A DNA stretch of 64,000 nt, from assembly GCF_902713615.1 (NCBI RefSeq), contig NW_024055458.1, positions 124,001 through 188,000 on the forward strand, given 5' to 3'. The notes beneath the pieces were generated by a model. That model was not told the origin of the DNA. It did no database searches and saw only the letters and a program-made list of their open reading frames with translations. Position 1 is the stretch's first letter. Every line of letters begins with the position of its first letter. The position numbers and the translations under genes were made by a program. Below, one piece after another: positions 19,717 through 31,579 of this stretch. This DNA is from Scyliorhinus canicula. Lineage: Eukaryota.

Positions 19717-20814
19717 TATTCTCCTTTCCAGTGTCTATTTAATGTTTTCTGACACAACTGTGTTTCCGTCCTACAATAACCAGACCAGCAAACCCATTCC
19801 GACTCCCGTCTGGATCTATGCAGCGATTCTTCTTCGAAGGCACTGACTGTATCCCAGCTTGGATTGTTCCCATTCACTGACAGACAGTTCGCCACCTACA
19901 GGTGTTAAACCACCTTTGGAGACGCAAGAAAGTGAAGTAAGAAAAACCTGCGAAAGACAGTCGATTCTTAATGGTGCGGAATAGAAGTTGTTGCTTCGAA
20001 TTCCAATTTTTACAGATCGACAGCGGTCAGCCAGTGTCTGGATTGTTTGGGGCTGGTGCAGGCGGGCATTTCGGAAGGTAATTGTGGAACAAACACATTT
20101 CATCGCATTTGAAATCATGGTTTCAATCGGAATTGTAAACACATGATTATTTCCTGTTGAACATATATTTCTGATCTGAGTGACGGAAATTCTGTTTCTC
20201 GGCTACTGTCCTCAGATGTTAAGACAGAAGTTGCTATTTTTAGTTTAACCTTTGATGCTGCCTTCTTGAACCGCTGCTGTCAGGGAGGGAGTTCCAGGAT
20301 TTCACCTCTGCTGCGTTACTCATGTCAGCAGACGAGCAGTGAGGCTAAAATAACAAAACAGCAACAGCACCGCTCAGGCAGCTAAACTCTATCTATCTCT
20401 GGGTGGAGAAAGTGGCCCTGAAGAGTTGATCAGAAGCAGGACTCACAGACTGAGTATACCATGGACAAGAGTCCCACTCCCGTACATTGCACTGTGTCTT
20501 CGAGCACCAGTCTGTTGACGTTTCGACAGAAACTCGAGCAGATTCAGCCACATTGACCAGCGATGTCAGCCGCTCAAACCCACACCGGGAGGAAGCCACA
20601 TTAACTTCGAATCAAGCTGTCAGCCACTTGTTTCCAACAACGGCAGTAAAAATACACTGCAGAATCCGATCCCACCGTCAGATCCGTCATCAAACCAGTC
20701 TCCAGGTTAACCCATCCTTTCTGTATCTGATCAGCTATTAATTCTCTGAAACTCAGGGCTGGGTGTTCAGATCAGCTCCGGCAAATATGTTTCTGACCCT
20801 TCAACCAGTCCCAC

Positions 20815-20824
20815 TGACGTCACT
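20815..20824. promoter_or_regulatory. CRE / TCR V-promoter decamer
   Basis: TGACGTCACT (AGTGACGTCA on the minus strand), ~300 bp upstream of the V leader at 21123. Confidence 0.55.
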
Positions 20825-21122
20825 CAGTTTACAGACCTACGTCACTAAATATGCAGGGCAACTTCACACGTGTTCTCAGTCTGACCCCCACATAGGCGGT
20901 GCTCTGCGCATGCGCATTCTCCTACCCACACTCCACCAATGCTGAAGCTCCTTCACAGCTTCACTTTGTGATCAGAGACCCAGTCCCAGAGACCTGGTTC
21001 GGGCGGGCACGGTGCAGTTGATGTTGGACTCAGTTTGATATACAACAGCACTGCCTTCTCAGCATTGTCTCTCGTCCTGAAAACTACGGAGAGCTACTTA
21101 ACTCAGATCGATAGGATCCAAC

Positions 21123-21639
21123 ATGAAGCTGAGCTTCACTTCAGTGATTATCTCCCTGAATTTCTTACTCTTCTCTCCGTGTGAGTGTAATCACCGTATC
21201 TGGCAGGAATATGTCACACATCAGATATGTCATGTTGTAGTAACATTTAGCATGCTTTATTGTGTATTTTGTTACGCCATTTTGTATTTGATTTTGCTAT
21301 AGTATATTCTCGTGGTCTGTGCGATATTAAATTTATCATGTTATTTTACATCTACATTTTTCTCAGATGCCGCTGGCAGTGGCGAGGTATCACAGTCTCC
21401 TCAGTCAGTGGTTGTTACCGAGGGAAACATTGCATCCTTGGCCTGTTCCACCACATTAGCAGTAAACATCCTACAATGGTACAGACAATACCCGGACCAA
21501 ACCGTGCAGCATCTGGCGAGCGGTACCAGCGATCAGGGGAGGATCACAGCTCGGTTCATTTTTTCAGAGAAACAAAGCGTTCTGAATATTAGTGACGTTC
21601 GACTGACAGACACCGCCACCTATCTCTGTGCAGTGGAGG
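21123..21639 (+). CDS. TRAV: TCR alpha/delta-type V gene, apparently functional (leader 21123-21180, V exon 21367-21639)
   Basis: MKLSFTSVIISLNFLLFSP-Y, phase-1 GT/AG intron, EVSQSP..LAC..LQWYRQYP..DTATYLCAVE; open frame. Confidence 0.88.
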
Positions 21640-21678
21640 CACAGTGAACTGAAAACCATTCAGCGCCGTACAAAAACC
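21640..21678 (+). promoter_or_regulatory. 23-RSS
   Basis: CACAGTG-23 nt-ACAAAAACC, perfect consensus. Confidence 0.95.
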
Positions 21679-21880
21679 TGCCGTGGTGATTCAGAAAGTG
21701 TGTCGCCTGTGCAGTCATCAGAGAGCAGGCATTTTAGTAACACTCTTCCGTGGATACGTCCCAATGAGTGAGGCCTGTTCGTGATTTGAATTTCCTGTTC
21801 AATATCAGAAAAGAAGGTCCAGAATCCATTTAAATTCAGTTTATGTTCTGTAGAAGTCACAACCAGAGAGCACGGGTTCG

Positions 21881-22250
21881 ATGGTGCTTTAAGATAATAA
21901 TCATTGTGCCATTCGGTGAGTTCATCTTCAAAGGTCGTTGTCTATTTCTTGTGTTAAATCAAATTCCTTACTTAGACACATTTTACGTTTTGTTACAGGA
22001 ATGTGTGATGCACAATGAGTCTCCCAGGATCCGGCCGAATTGAAGGCTCTGGAAAGACAGTCAGTAATGTTCAGCTGTAATCGCTCCACGTGCGAGAGCT
22101 TTCTCTGCCGATGTAGGCAGGTCAGTATTCTGTATAAGCTGCGAGATATTTACTGAGGAGGTTTCGGCGGCGATATTGAGCTACGTCGCAACATTTCTCA
22201 GATCGATTGATTTGAACAAGGACCAATAAAATAATGCAACTGTTTGATAA
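21881..22250 (+). pseudogene. Decayed V gene relic
   Basis: Broken leader with g/gtgag donor at 21915, acceptor at 21998, then VSQDPAELKALERQSVMFSC with stops; paralogs at 26950 and 30690. Confidence 0.55.
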
Positions 22251-22341
22251 ACAAACCTGCTAATGTTTGTTGTCCGTGGGCCTGGGATGAAATTTTCCCG
22301 GTTGATCAAGGCGCTAAGAAGACGACACAAAGACTCGCAGA

Positions 22342-22790
22342 GGTTCTTGGTTATTATGTGAAGCTGCGCCTCAATGCATAGTAAGAGACCTCCACACTCA
22401 GCGTGTTTATATTATGAGCAACAGCCAGATATTGCCCTCAGATTCCATCTTTTTACAGTCCTATTACTTCATTAATAATCCAGTTTGGAGACTGTGCCGG
22501 TCTCTGTCCATACCAGTGGATGCCCGTTATTTCCCGGGTTGTATATCCTCAATATAACGTCACCAAGGCACCTTCAAACACAGCTACTGTCACCGGAGAC
22601 TGTCACTGGATCCGCAAATAGTCCGCCTGTAAATGTAGAGGCTCAAAAGAGCAGAAGGATAAACAGGATGGAGGTAAACCTTCATTAACTGTATGAATTT
22701 GTGTAAATTCCCATCAATCTGTTAAACTGTTTTGATGAGGAAAATCCATTACTTAATATGCAAGAGCCCCGCCAGTCATATTAAAAACAT
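22342..22790 (-). pseudogene. V pseudogene paralogous to the V genes at 27312 and 31065
   Basis: Leader remnant (ATG at 22790), acceptor at 22627, deleted FR3 and degenerate RSS; aligns at DNA level with 31026-31579. Confidence 0.72.
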
Positions 22791-23224
22791 GTCTGACTGA
22801 ATCTCTCAGTGAATATGACTGGAATGATCCAGAGATTGAGAAGGAGAGAGGGATCCCGGGCTCTGTTCAGTTCATTGCTCCACCCTCACACTGCAGGGGG
22901 CCAGGCCCATTGTGACATCACTGAGGAGACTGGTTTTGGTCTCATGTGACTTTCTAATTATCATGGTTGGGCTTTGCGCCTTCTGCTGGTGGATTCTGTT
23001 CAATCCGGTTCAGAATGGGGGTTACTGAATGGACTTAAGGTTTATTGATTTCTATGTCAAAACGGAATCTAAATCTGGAATCTACTCATTAATTTCTTCT
23101 CTGGCGCTATCTGCCTTGAGGAAGGTCCAATCCATTGCAATGTCACTGGGAGGCAGTTCGCAACCACCCCAGAGCTGGAACAGGAACCACACCGTTCTGG
23201 CATTTCAATTCCCTGAGCCAGACA

Positions 23225-24062
23225 ACATGAAATTCAGCGGTGTGCTAAATAGCGAGGAGGAATGGTTTAGATTGCAGGATGATTTAGACGGACGGGCCAG
23301 ATAGGCAGAACGGTGGCAAATGGAATTTAACCCTGAAAAGGGTTGGATGATGCATTTTGGGAGGATGAACAATGCAAGAAAATGCACAATAAACGCCAGG
23401 AAGTCAAGAAGTATAGAAGCAAGGGGGACCATGGTGTTCAGGCCCATAGATCCCCGCAGACAACAGGACAAGTAGATAAGGTGGTGAAGAAGACATGAGG
23501 GATACTTGCCTTTATTAGCCGAGGCATGGAATATAAGAGCAGGGAGGTTATTATGGGGATGTGTAAAACGCTGGTTAGCCCGCACACTATGGGAAAGATG
23601 TGATGCACCAGAGAGGGTGCAGAGGAGATTAATCAGGAAGGTTTCTGGGAAGGAGTTTCTCAGCTATGAAGAGAGGCTGGATAGGCTGGGATTATTGTCA
23701 TTAATTGTCAAACGTTGTCAGGTAAGGCTGACCTGATCGAGGTTTACAAAATTATGCGGAAAATAGATAGGAAGAAACCGTTCCCATTAGTGGAGGGGTC
23801 AACAACCAGAGGGAATACATTTCAGGTAAGGGGAGGAGATTTAGAGGGCATTTGAGCGTTGTGAGAACCTGGAACACACTGTCTGTGAGGGTGATCGAGG
23901 CGGGAACACTCACAACACTTAAGAAGCGTTTGGAAGAGCACTTGAAACGCCATTGCATACAAGGCTACGGGTCAAGTGCTAGAAAATTGGTTTAGACGAG
24001 ACAGGTACTTGATGGTCGGGGCAAACGCGATGGGCCAAAGGTCCTCTTCTTCGCTGTAAAAC
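23225..24062 (+). mobile_element. CR1-like LINE 3' fragment
   Basis: LQDDLD..WQMEFNP..; EERLDRLGL; CR1-type 3' UTR. Confidence 0.8.
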
Positions 24063-24816
24063 TCAGCGACTAAGGAGCCTGAGGCAGAGAAGCTGCCGAT
24101 GGCGCCATAAGGCCGCTTCTCCTTCGGTCAAGGAAGGTAAAGGGGAGATTGAACTTAGTTGCTGAAATGTAAAGATCGCACTGAGCTGTTTCCACGAGCA
24201 GATCCTTGGATAACAGAAGGATTGAGGAGAAATAAAGCCCTGAAAAATTCTGTTCATTATCTACACTGCGATTTGTTAAAGTATAAAAGGCGGAGTCTAA
24301 ATAAAGGCGGCAGAAGATTCAACAATAACTTTAAGAAGGAAATTTCACACAAATGTAAAGGCAATTACCGGGATATATAGAAAATGCAGTTTTTGAAAGA
24401 AGAATACGAAAACTCTTTCAAAGTGTCTCGGAAATTGAGATTGTGTGGACTCGAAGATTCTAGATTCTAGTCCGTTCATGTCCCTCCCGATCTATTTCTT
24501 CTCAGTGCCTTGCACAGTGAGCAGGTGCATGATGGTCACGGTGTAGGGAAGATTGAACCGTCGCTATTTCGCTCCATCAGTTCCGAGTGCAGCTGAGAGT
24601 CACCGCACACTTCACTCAATATTCAGACTGCGGTATCCCCGCCCACAGCTTCCGTTTGCTGCTCTCGCTCTAGCACCATAGTGTTATTGGAGAGATTGCT
24701 GCTGCTGGTTCATTCCTCTCATTGGTCGGATCAGCAGTGCAGTGTGACGAGGATCTGTATTTCTGTCTCTGACAGAGGATTTCTCTCATTGTAGAATAAC
24801 AAACTCTAGAAGGATC

Positions 24817-25312
24817 ATGAGGAACCATCTCGCTTCGCTCCTCATCATTATCCCACTTTTCAGTAAGTATTTCCTTCCCAGTAAAACCCCATTCTCTTCC
24901 TGACTGCAGTAACCCAGGTGTTGGTAAAATGACAGAGATTATTTTGCGGATGATTGTATTCCATGTGATGCTGACTCTGATTGTCTTTATCGCTGTTACC
25001 TCTGTTAGAATGGAGCCACCAAGATACCGTGGAACAAAAGGAACCTGAAATAACGCTTGAAGAGGAAAGGAATGTCACATTAACCTGCACCTTGAAAACA
25101 AGCGATCCTAACCTCTATGTGTACTGGTACAGACAGCGGCCCAGGAAAGCTCCAATGTACATGCTTCAATTTATTGGACTGACTGTGCAAACAAACATTG
25201 ACCTTGATATTCGGTTTTCCTCTACGGTTGATAAAAAGAACAAGACTACCGAGCTAACGATCAGTAACACAATGATCTCAGACAGCGCCGTGTATTTCTG
25301 TGCTCTGAAGCC
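24817..25312 (+). CDS. TRAV: TCR alpha/delta-type V gene, open (leader 24817-24862, V exon 25009-25312)
   Basis: MRNHLASLLIIIPLF, phase-1 intron, DTVEQ..VTLTC..YVYWYRQRP..DSAVYFCALK. Confidence 0.87.
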
Positions 25313-25352
25313 CACACTGCTACAGAGATATGGTGAACCCCGTACAAAAACC
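25313..25352 (+). promoter_or_regulatory. 23-class RSS with a 24-nt spacer
   Basis: CACACTG-24 nt-ACAAAAACC; alternatively CACTGCT with 22 nt. Confidence 0.8.
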
Positions 25353-26069
25353 CCACACTGGCAGTTCCAGCTACAGCTCAGCAGGGGGAGCCCCCCCCCC
25401 CCCCCCATATTGTTCACTTTCCATAGTGAGTGTATCAACAATTGTAACAGAACACAACTCCCAAAAACATAAATAGTGAGACCCACCTGCACAGTTATAC
25501 CAGTTTATGATTACAACTCGCATTCATAACAGATATTGTATTGATGAATCTATCTGCGATACCTTAACTCCTGCTTCGTGTTCGTATCCTGGTGCACAGA
25601 CTCACTCACTCAGTAAACTATACAGACTCCCTCACTCAGTAACATATCAGGTCTCACTGAGTGACAATACATGCAGCAACTTAAATCACTTTCGAGGGTT
25701 TTCACACAATAACATCTCCCAAGGGGTGTCACAGGAACTATGAACATATTCGGTCATATAATCACAAGTTTGGTCAAAGAGTTTGGTTATAAGGAGAATT
25801 TTAAAGGAACAATGACTGTCCTTCCTATGAGGGACATAGATGGGAAGAAACTTTTCACCTTAGTAGATAACCAATATGCATAGATTAAAGATAAGGAGTT
25901 GGAGATTTCGAGGGGATTTGAGGAAAAACGTTGTCATCCAGCCGGTGGTGGGAATCTGGAACTAACTGCCTTCACCTCCGACTTTAACCACTCCACCATC
26001 GCTGGCCGTGCCTTAAGCTGCCTCGACACAAAGCTCTGAAATTTCCTCGCTAGACGTTTTCACCTTTCC

Positions 26070-26420
26070 ACTTAGAGTCATAGAGCCATATGGCTTTACA
26101 GCTCAGAAAGAGGCCCTCCGGCCCAGTGTGCATGCGCTGGCCATCAAGCACATTTCTATCCTAATTCAATTAACCAGCAGTTGGCCCATAGCCTTGTATG
26201 CTGTGGCGTTTGAAGTGTTTATTGAAATGCTTCTTAAATGTTATGAGCCTTCCCGCCTCTACCACTCCTTCACGCAGTGAGTTCCAGATTCCCATCACCC
26301 TCTGGGTAAAATTGTTTCCTCAAATCTCCACTAAATCCTGCCCCTTAACTTAAATCTCTGCACCCTGGTTATTGACCCACCTACTAAGTTCCCTCCTATC
26401 TACCCTATTTATGCCCCTCA
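26070..26420 (-). mobile_element. CR1-like LINE 3' end
   Basis: CATAGAGCCATATGGCTTTACAGCTCAGAAAGAGGCCCTCCGGCCC terminus and RTRGH-type region. Confidence 0.7.
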
Positions 26421-26551
26421 TCATTTTCTTACATAAATATCAACATTAAGGAAGACGGTGTCTAAAAAGCTGCAATTTAGATTTTTGAGACACATTTGTG
26501 GCTCCGTATGTATTTCGGTAAATCCTTAATCAACTCAACATCCGAATTCTC

Positions 26552-26590
26552 AGCTTTGACAAAGAGTCACTCAGACTCGAAACGTTAGCT
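26552..26590 (+). ncRNA. Minimal hammerhead motif, U3:A8 variant, in a Penelope-like repeat (26545-26670)
   Basis: AGCU-UUGACAA-A-GAGUC(ACUCA)GACUC-GAA-ACGU-U-AGCU. Confidence 0.65.
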
Positions 26591-26949
26591 CCCTTCTCCC
26601 TCCACAGATGCTGCCAGACCTGCTGAGATTGTCCAGGTTTTCAGATTCCAGCAATAATTTGCTTTTATTTACATTATCGATCGGCAAGTCGATTTGTATT
26701 CAAGCCTAAACCCGGCATCATCTGCTCCCCATGTTACGGACTGATAATGCCAGCCGTGTTGTGAGGTGAATCTCTGCTATTGTACATTTCATGTGTTAAG
26801 TATCGCAGGAATTTTTTTTTTGGGTCATCGCGAATCGCTCTTGAGGGGGAAGTTAAGAGTCAACCCCATATCATTACTCTCGGTGTCTGCATTTCTAGTC
26901 CAGTGACAATACCACATTGCCACCGCCTCCCCCTGATCCATTCTCCATT

Positions 26950-27190
26950 TCGTTACATACCGGGTGTTGAGGAGTCGGTGTCCCTGGGCTCAGCTGAGTT
27001 AAGGCTTCTGGAAGAACAGTCCGTACTTTTCGGCTATACTAACTCCACATGTGAGATCTTCCCTCTGCTGCGTGGTGGATATTCCGGGGTTAAAGGTACT
27101 GTAAATATCGCAGCATGATAAGCCACAACATTCTCCAAACGGCTCCTTTGTTGATCGGCACAAGGGCGAAAGCATTAAAAAAACCTGGTA
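26950..27190 (+). pseudogene. Decayed V relic, tail-to-tail with the next V
   Basis: ESVSLGSAELRLLEEQSVLFGYTNSTC, paralogous to 21999+ and 30690+. Confidence 0.5.
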
Positions 27191-27272
27191 AATACACCTG
27201 ACAGAGTTCGAACAGCGGGGATCAAATTCTTCGCGCATAATGAAACTTAGTAGAGCTGTACAGACTCGCTGA

Positions 27273-27311
27273 GGTTTTTGTACGGTGCTAGAGCTGCTAT
27301 CTAACGCTGTG
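27273..27311 (-). promoter_or_regulatory. 23-RSS
   Basis: CACAGCG-23 nt-ACAAAAACC. Confidence 0.93.
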
Positions 27312-27806
27312 CCTCACTGCACAGTAATAGACCGCCCCGTCCCCCACACTGAGGGCGCTTATACTGAGGGAACCGTTCTGTTTAGACTTGTCAGCAACCG
27401 CCAGATATCGTCTTGAAACTGTTTCTTTCTTCAATGCTAAGTTGTTAGTGATGATCCATCTCGGTTGTTGTGCCGGTTTCTGCTGATACCATTGCATGAA
27501 GTCCATACTCTTGTCTGTATATTCACAATTAAACTGCACCGAATCCCCTTCCGATGCGGTTAGTATCACCGGTGACTGAGTTACTGGATCTGTGCATATT
27601 CCGCCTGTGAAGGTAGAGGAATTAAATATCAACTGATGAAAACTTGCCAGTATCTGAGAGTTTGTGAAACCTCCCAACTGCGCATCATATCGATATTTTC
27701 GAGCGCAATTATATTGCCATCGATCTGTATTAATATGCTAATCTGCCTCGATGGTTACTATCCAGGACTTACCGTGCCACAGCGCCGCCAGTATTATCAG
27801 AAACAT
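27312..27806 (-). CDS. TRAV: TCR alpha/delta-type V gene, apparently functional (leader 27806-27773, V exon 27604-27312)
   Basis: MFLIILAALWHG/GICTDPVTQSP..FNC..MQWYQQKP..DGAVYYCAVR; phase-1 splice sites. Confidence 0.9.
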
Positions 27807-28229
27807 GTCAGATTGAATCTCTCTCAGAGATTGTGAAGGAGAGAGGGAGCCCGGGCTCTGCTCAGCTCATTGAAGGTGCGGAGGGTTGGAGGGGAGCAGG
27901 AGTCTATTGTGACCTCACTGGTCTCCCAGCCATACAGGAGAGAGGGAGCCCGGGCTCTGCTCAACTCATTGAGGAGGCAGAGGCGTTAGAGTGCAGGGGG
28001 GGGGGGGGGGGGGTTTCTGTGACCTCACTGGTCCCCCAGCCAAACAGGCTTCAAAGAAAACATCACGTGGGTTTATGACGCCCGTGCTTGAATTCGGCGC
28101 CCTCTGCTGGCAAATTCTGTTAAATCGAATTTTTCTATTGAGTGGTTTCAGGGTTTGCTGCAAAACATACCAATATTCGAATGCAACCCAGCAATCTAAA
28201 TTGGAGCTGTTTAGATACTGTCTTTGTTA

Positions 28230-28377
28230 CTGTTAATGTTTATGCCTGAAAACTATGCTAAATCTCCGGAAACCATTGCTGGAATCTTCTGTCTCAATCC
28301 AGGGTATGTCAAATATTCAAAGGACAAGACGACCGAGTTAACGATCAGGAGCACAATGATTTCCCACAGCGCCGTGT
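28230..28377 (+). pseudogene. V FR3 remnant related to the V at 24817
   Basis: KDKTTELTIRSTMISHSAVYVCG versus DKKNKTTELTISNTMISDSAVYFCA; SINE follows at the RSS position. Confidence 0.6.
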
Positions 28378-28692
28378 ACGTATGTGGGCGTCACGGTAGC
28401 ACAGTGATTAGCACAATGGATTCACAGCTTCAGGGTCCCAGGTTCTATTCCCGGCTGGGTCACTGTCTGTGCGGAGCCTGCCCCTTCTCCCCTGTCTGCG
28501 TCGGTTTCTTCCGGGTGCTCTGGTTTCCCCCAGAATTCAAAGATGTGCAGGTTAGGTGCATTAGCCATGCTAAATGCCCTCAAAGGTTGTGTTAGGTTGA
28601 GGGGATGTGGGCTTGGGTGGGATGCTGTTTCCAGGGGCATTGCGAACTCGATGGGCCGGGTGGCCTGCTTCTGCACTGTAGATTCTATGATT
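28378..28692 (+). mobile_element. HE1-like V-SINE
   Basis: tRNA-like head, central V-domain GGGTCACTGTCTGTGCGGAG..GGTTTCC, CR1-like tail. Confidence 0.88.
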
Positions 28693-29049
28693 GTACGAAA
28701 TAGTGGCAGGGAGGTTCAGTTGTATCAGATCCCTTCTCGTTGGAGGGAAGTGTCTTCCCTCTATATTGTTCTCAGTGACTTGAGCAGTGAGCAGGTGCAG
28801 GATGATCAACTGTCGCTATTTCCCCTCCCTCACTTGCGACTGCAGCTGCTAACCGCCGCACATTTTGTATCAACTTTGAGTCTGCAGTGTCACCGGTCAC
28901 AGTTTCCGTTTGTTTCTCTCGCTCCAACACCATTGTGATATTCTAGACATTGCTGTCGCTGCTCATTGGTTTGAGCAGCCGTGCATTGGCTCCTGAATCT
29001 GTATTTCTGCTCTGACAGGTAATTTCCTGAGAGTAGCAAATTCAGGAAT

Positions 29050-29420
29050 TATCGCGGGAATCGCCTCTCCTCATCATCTCATCTCTCCTCATCACTTCTC
29101 AGTATTTCCCTCACTGCAAATCCCCCATTCTCCCCTCACTGTGTAACCTGATATTACTGTTAAGTAAATAATAATAATGATGATGATGGGAGTGGCGTTA
29201 TGCTGGTCAATATGAGGCCGATGCTGAATTTTATTTTTCCCGTTTGTTTCTGTCAGACTGGAGCTACCAGGACCCAGGGGAACAGCGGGGAGGCTGAAAT
29301 AAGGGTTCAAGAGGACAGTGACGTCACACAACAGTTCACAGTTAATACAATAGATCCTGACCGATACAGTCAGCATCCGGGCATCCTGCATCGTTCATGT
29401 TTCATCTGATGGGAGGGAAT
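29050..29420 (+). pseudogene. Decayed paralog of the V at 24817
   Basis: Upstream 28720-29020 aligns with 24480-24775; acceptor ctgtcag/ACTGGAGCTACCAGGAC followed by frameshifts. Confidence 0.62.
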
Positions 29421-29784
29421 CCGCGCAGCAGAAAGGGATAGATGATCTTACTATGGCTCACATACAGATAAATAAATCCCTGTACATAAGTATATCTTGT
29501 TACCGACCGAGGCACAGCACTGTTGAGCTGTCTGGCCGCATGAAGAGGTAGGATCTACAATGGTGTAGACAGCTCAATGTAGCAGCAGGATCAGGGTACT
29601 GACGACCAGAACAGGCTCTGTTAATTTCAGCAGAGCCGGTCAATCCTCTGTTTGCCAGCGATACTCGGGTGAAAGGCAAAGTCAGTAATATTGGATCCCC
29701 ACACCCCATCCCGTGACAGTGCAGCAAATATCTGTAAGGGCGCGACAAATACAAGGCTGTGGCGGACCTGGGCGTTCATGACTT

Positions 29785-30457
29785 AAGAACATAAGAACTA
29801 GGAGCAGGAGTAGGCCATCTGGCCCCTCGAGCCTGCTCCGTCATTCAATGAGATCATGGCTGATCTTTTGTGGACTCAGCTCCACTTTCCGGCCCGAACA
29901 CCATAACCCTTAATCCCTTTATTCTTCAAAAGACTATCTATCTTTACCTTAAAAACATGTAATGAAGGAGACTCAACTGCTTCACTGGGCAAGGAATTCC
30001 ATAGATTCACAACCCTTTGGGTGAAGAAGTTCCTCCTAAACTCAGTCCTAAATCTACTTCCCCTTATTTTGAGGCTATGTCCCCTAGTTCTGCTTTCACC
30101 CGCCAGTGGAAGCAACCTGCCCGCATCTATCCTATCTATTCCCCTCATAATTTTAAATGTTTCTATAAGACCCCCCCCCCCCTCATCCTTCTAAATTCCA
30201 ACGAGTACAGTCCCAGTCTACTCAACCTCGCCTCATAATCCAACCCCTTCAGCTCTGTGATTAACCTAGTGAATCTCCTCTGCACACCCTCCAGTGCCAG
30301 TACGTCCTTTCTCAAGTAAGGAGAGCAAAACTGAACACAATACTCCAGGTGTGGCCTCACTAACACCTTATACAATTGCAACATAACCTCCCTAGTCTTA
30401 AACTCCATCCCTCTAGCAATGAAGGACAAAATTCCATTTGCCTTCTTAATCACCTGT
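29785..30457 (-). mobile_element. Young CR1-like LINE 3' end (~670 bp)
   Basis: ORF2 C-terminus VRPHLEYCVQF..RTRGHSLKI..WNSLP; near-identical to 62109-62780. Confidence 0.92.
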
Positions 30458-30689
30458 TATTGAACTGCTTCTGGTAGTTTTGAGCGCTCACCATGAGCCA
30501 CCGTGAAGCAAGTCCCGTATCTGAGTGACTCCCTAGCAGCAGGCAATAGGTGTTTTCTAATGAAGCCTAAAGCAGACACCATGGTCCTACATGATAATAA
30601 TTATGTTGCTCTGTGATGTTCTGTTGAAATTCTTATTCTGAATTTCCTGTGTTAAATACAACAGCAGAGTTTGACTCATTCTCTGTTTT

Positions 30690-30830
30690 ATTCCAGGGCC
30701 AGGCTCCGTGGAATTGGGCTCATCTGAGTTAACGGTTCTGGAAGAGCAAGCTACAATTTCTGGCTACATTATTTCCACAGCTGAGAGCTGTTATTAACCC
30801 TGCTGGTAGCCCGGTATTTCAAGTTTTAAC
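30690..30830 (+). pseudogene. Decayed V relic
   Basis: ttccag/..SVELGSSELTVLEEQ, paralog of 26950. Confidence 0.45.
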
Positions 30831-31025
30831 TTAGCATGTTCATCGCGGCGTGGAAATGTGTGTCATGATTTCCCAAATTGCTCCTCCGCTGACCTGTAGA
30901 AGAGCAGAGAGACCAATATAACGATTTGACAAATACACCTGGCTGTCTTCGTGAATCCAGAATCAAACAATTTCCGGAGACAGGAGCAGGAAAGCAGTTT
31001 TAGTGGAGCTTTAAATACTCGCTGA

Positions 31026-31064
31026 GGTTTTTGTACGGGGCTCTAGCTGCTCTCTAACGCTGTG
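31026..31064 (-). promoter_or_regulatory. 23-RSS
   Basis: CACAGCG-23 nt-ACAAAAACC. Confidence 0.93.
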
Positions 31065-31579
31065 CCTCACTGCACAGTAATAGACCGCCCCGTCATCCAC
31101 ACTGAGGGCGCTGATATTGAGGTAACCGTTCTGTTTAGACTTGTCAGCAGCCGCCAGATATCGTTCTGAAACCACGTCTTCCTTCAGAACAAATACATTG
31201 GTAATAATCCAGATTGGTGGCTGTGCCGCTTTCTGCTGATACCATTGCATGTATTCCATACCGGAGTCAGTATATTCGCAATCTAGCCGCACCGAATCCC
31301 CTTCTGTCACGGTTTTTGTCATCGGTGACTGAGTTACTGGATTTGTGCTTAGCCCGCCTGCAAAGGGAGAGAAATGAAACATCAATAGTTTAAACATAAT
31401 TGATCGAAATGTGTTTGTATGTGTGTCAGTTTGTGGAAACTCAACTCTACTCATCATCTGGATATTTCTGATCGTTAATTCTATTCAATGTTATTGCAAT
31501 CTATAACCTGCTAATTTGGCTCCATGAACATTATCCATTACTTACCCTCCAACAACGCCGCCAGTATTAACAGAAACAT
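31065..31579 (-). CDS. TRAV: TCR alpha/delta-type V gene, apparently functional (leader 31579-31546, V exon 31357-31065)
   Basis: MFLLILAALLEG/GLSTNPVTQSP..LDC..MQWYQQKA..DGAVYYCAVR; close paralog of 27312-27806. Confidence 0.9.

Noticed and set aside
20480-20700. CACAGTG heptamer and a DSAVYFYC-like phrase on the minus strand
   Set aside because: No nonamer at 12 or 23 nt, the phrase is ~130 nt from the heptamer, and no FR1/FR2 was found.
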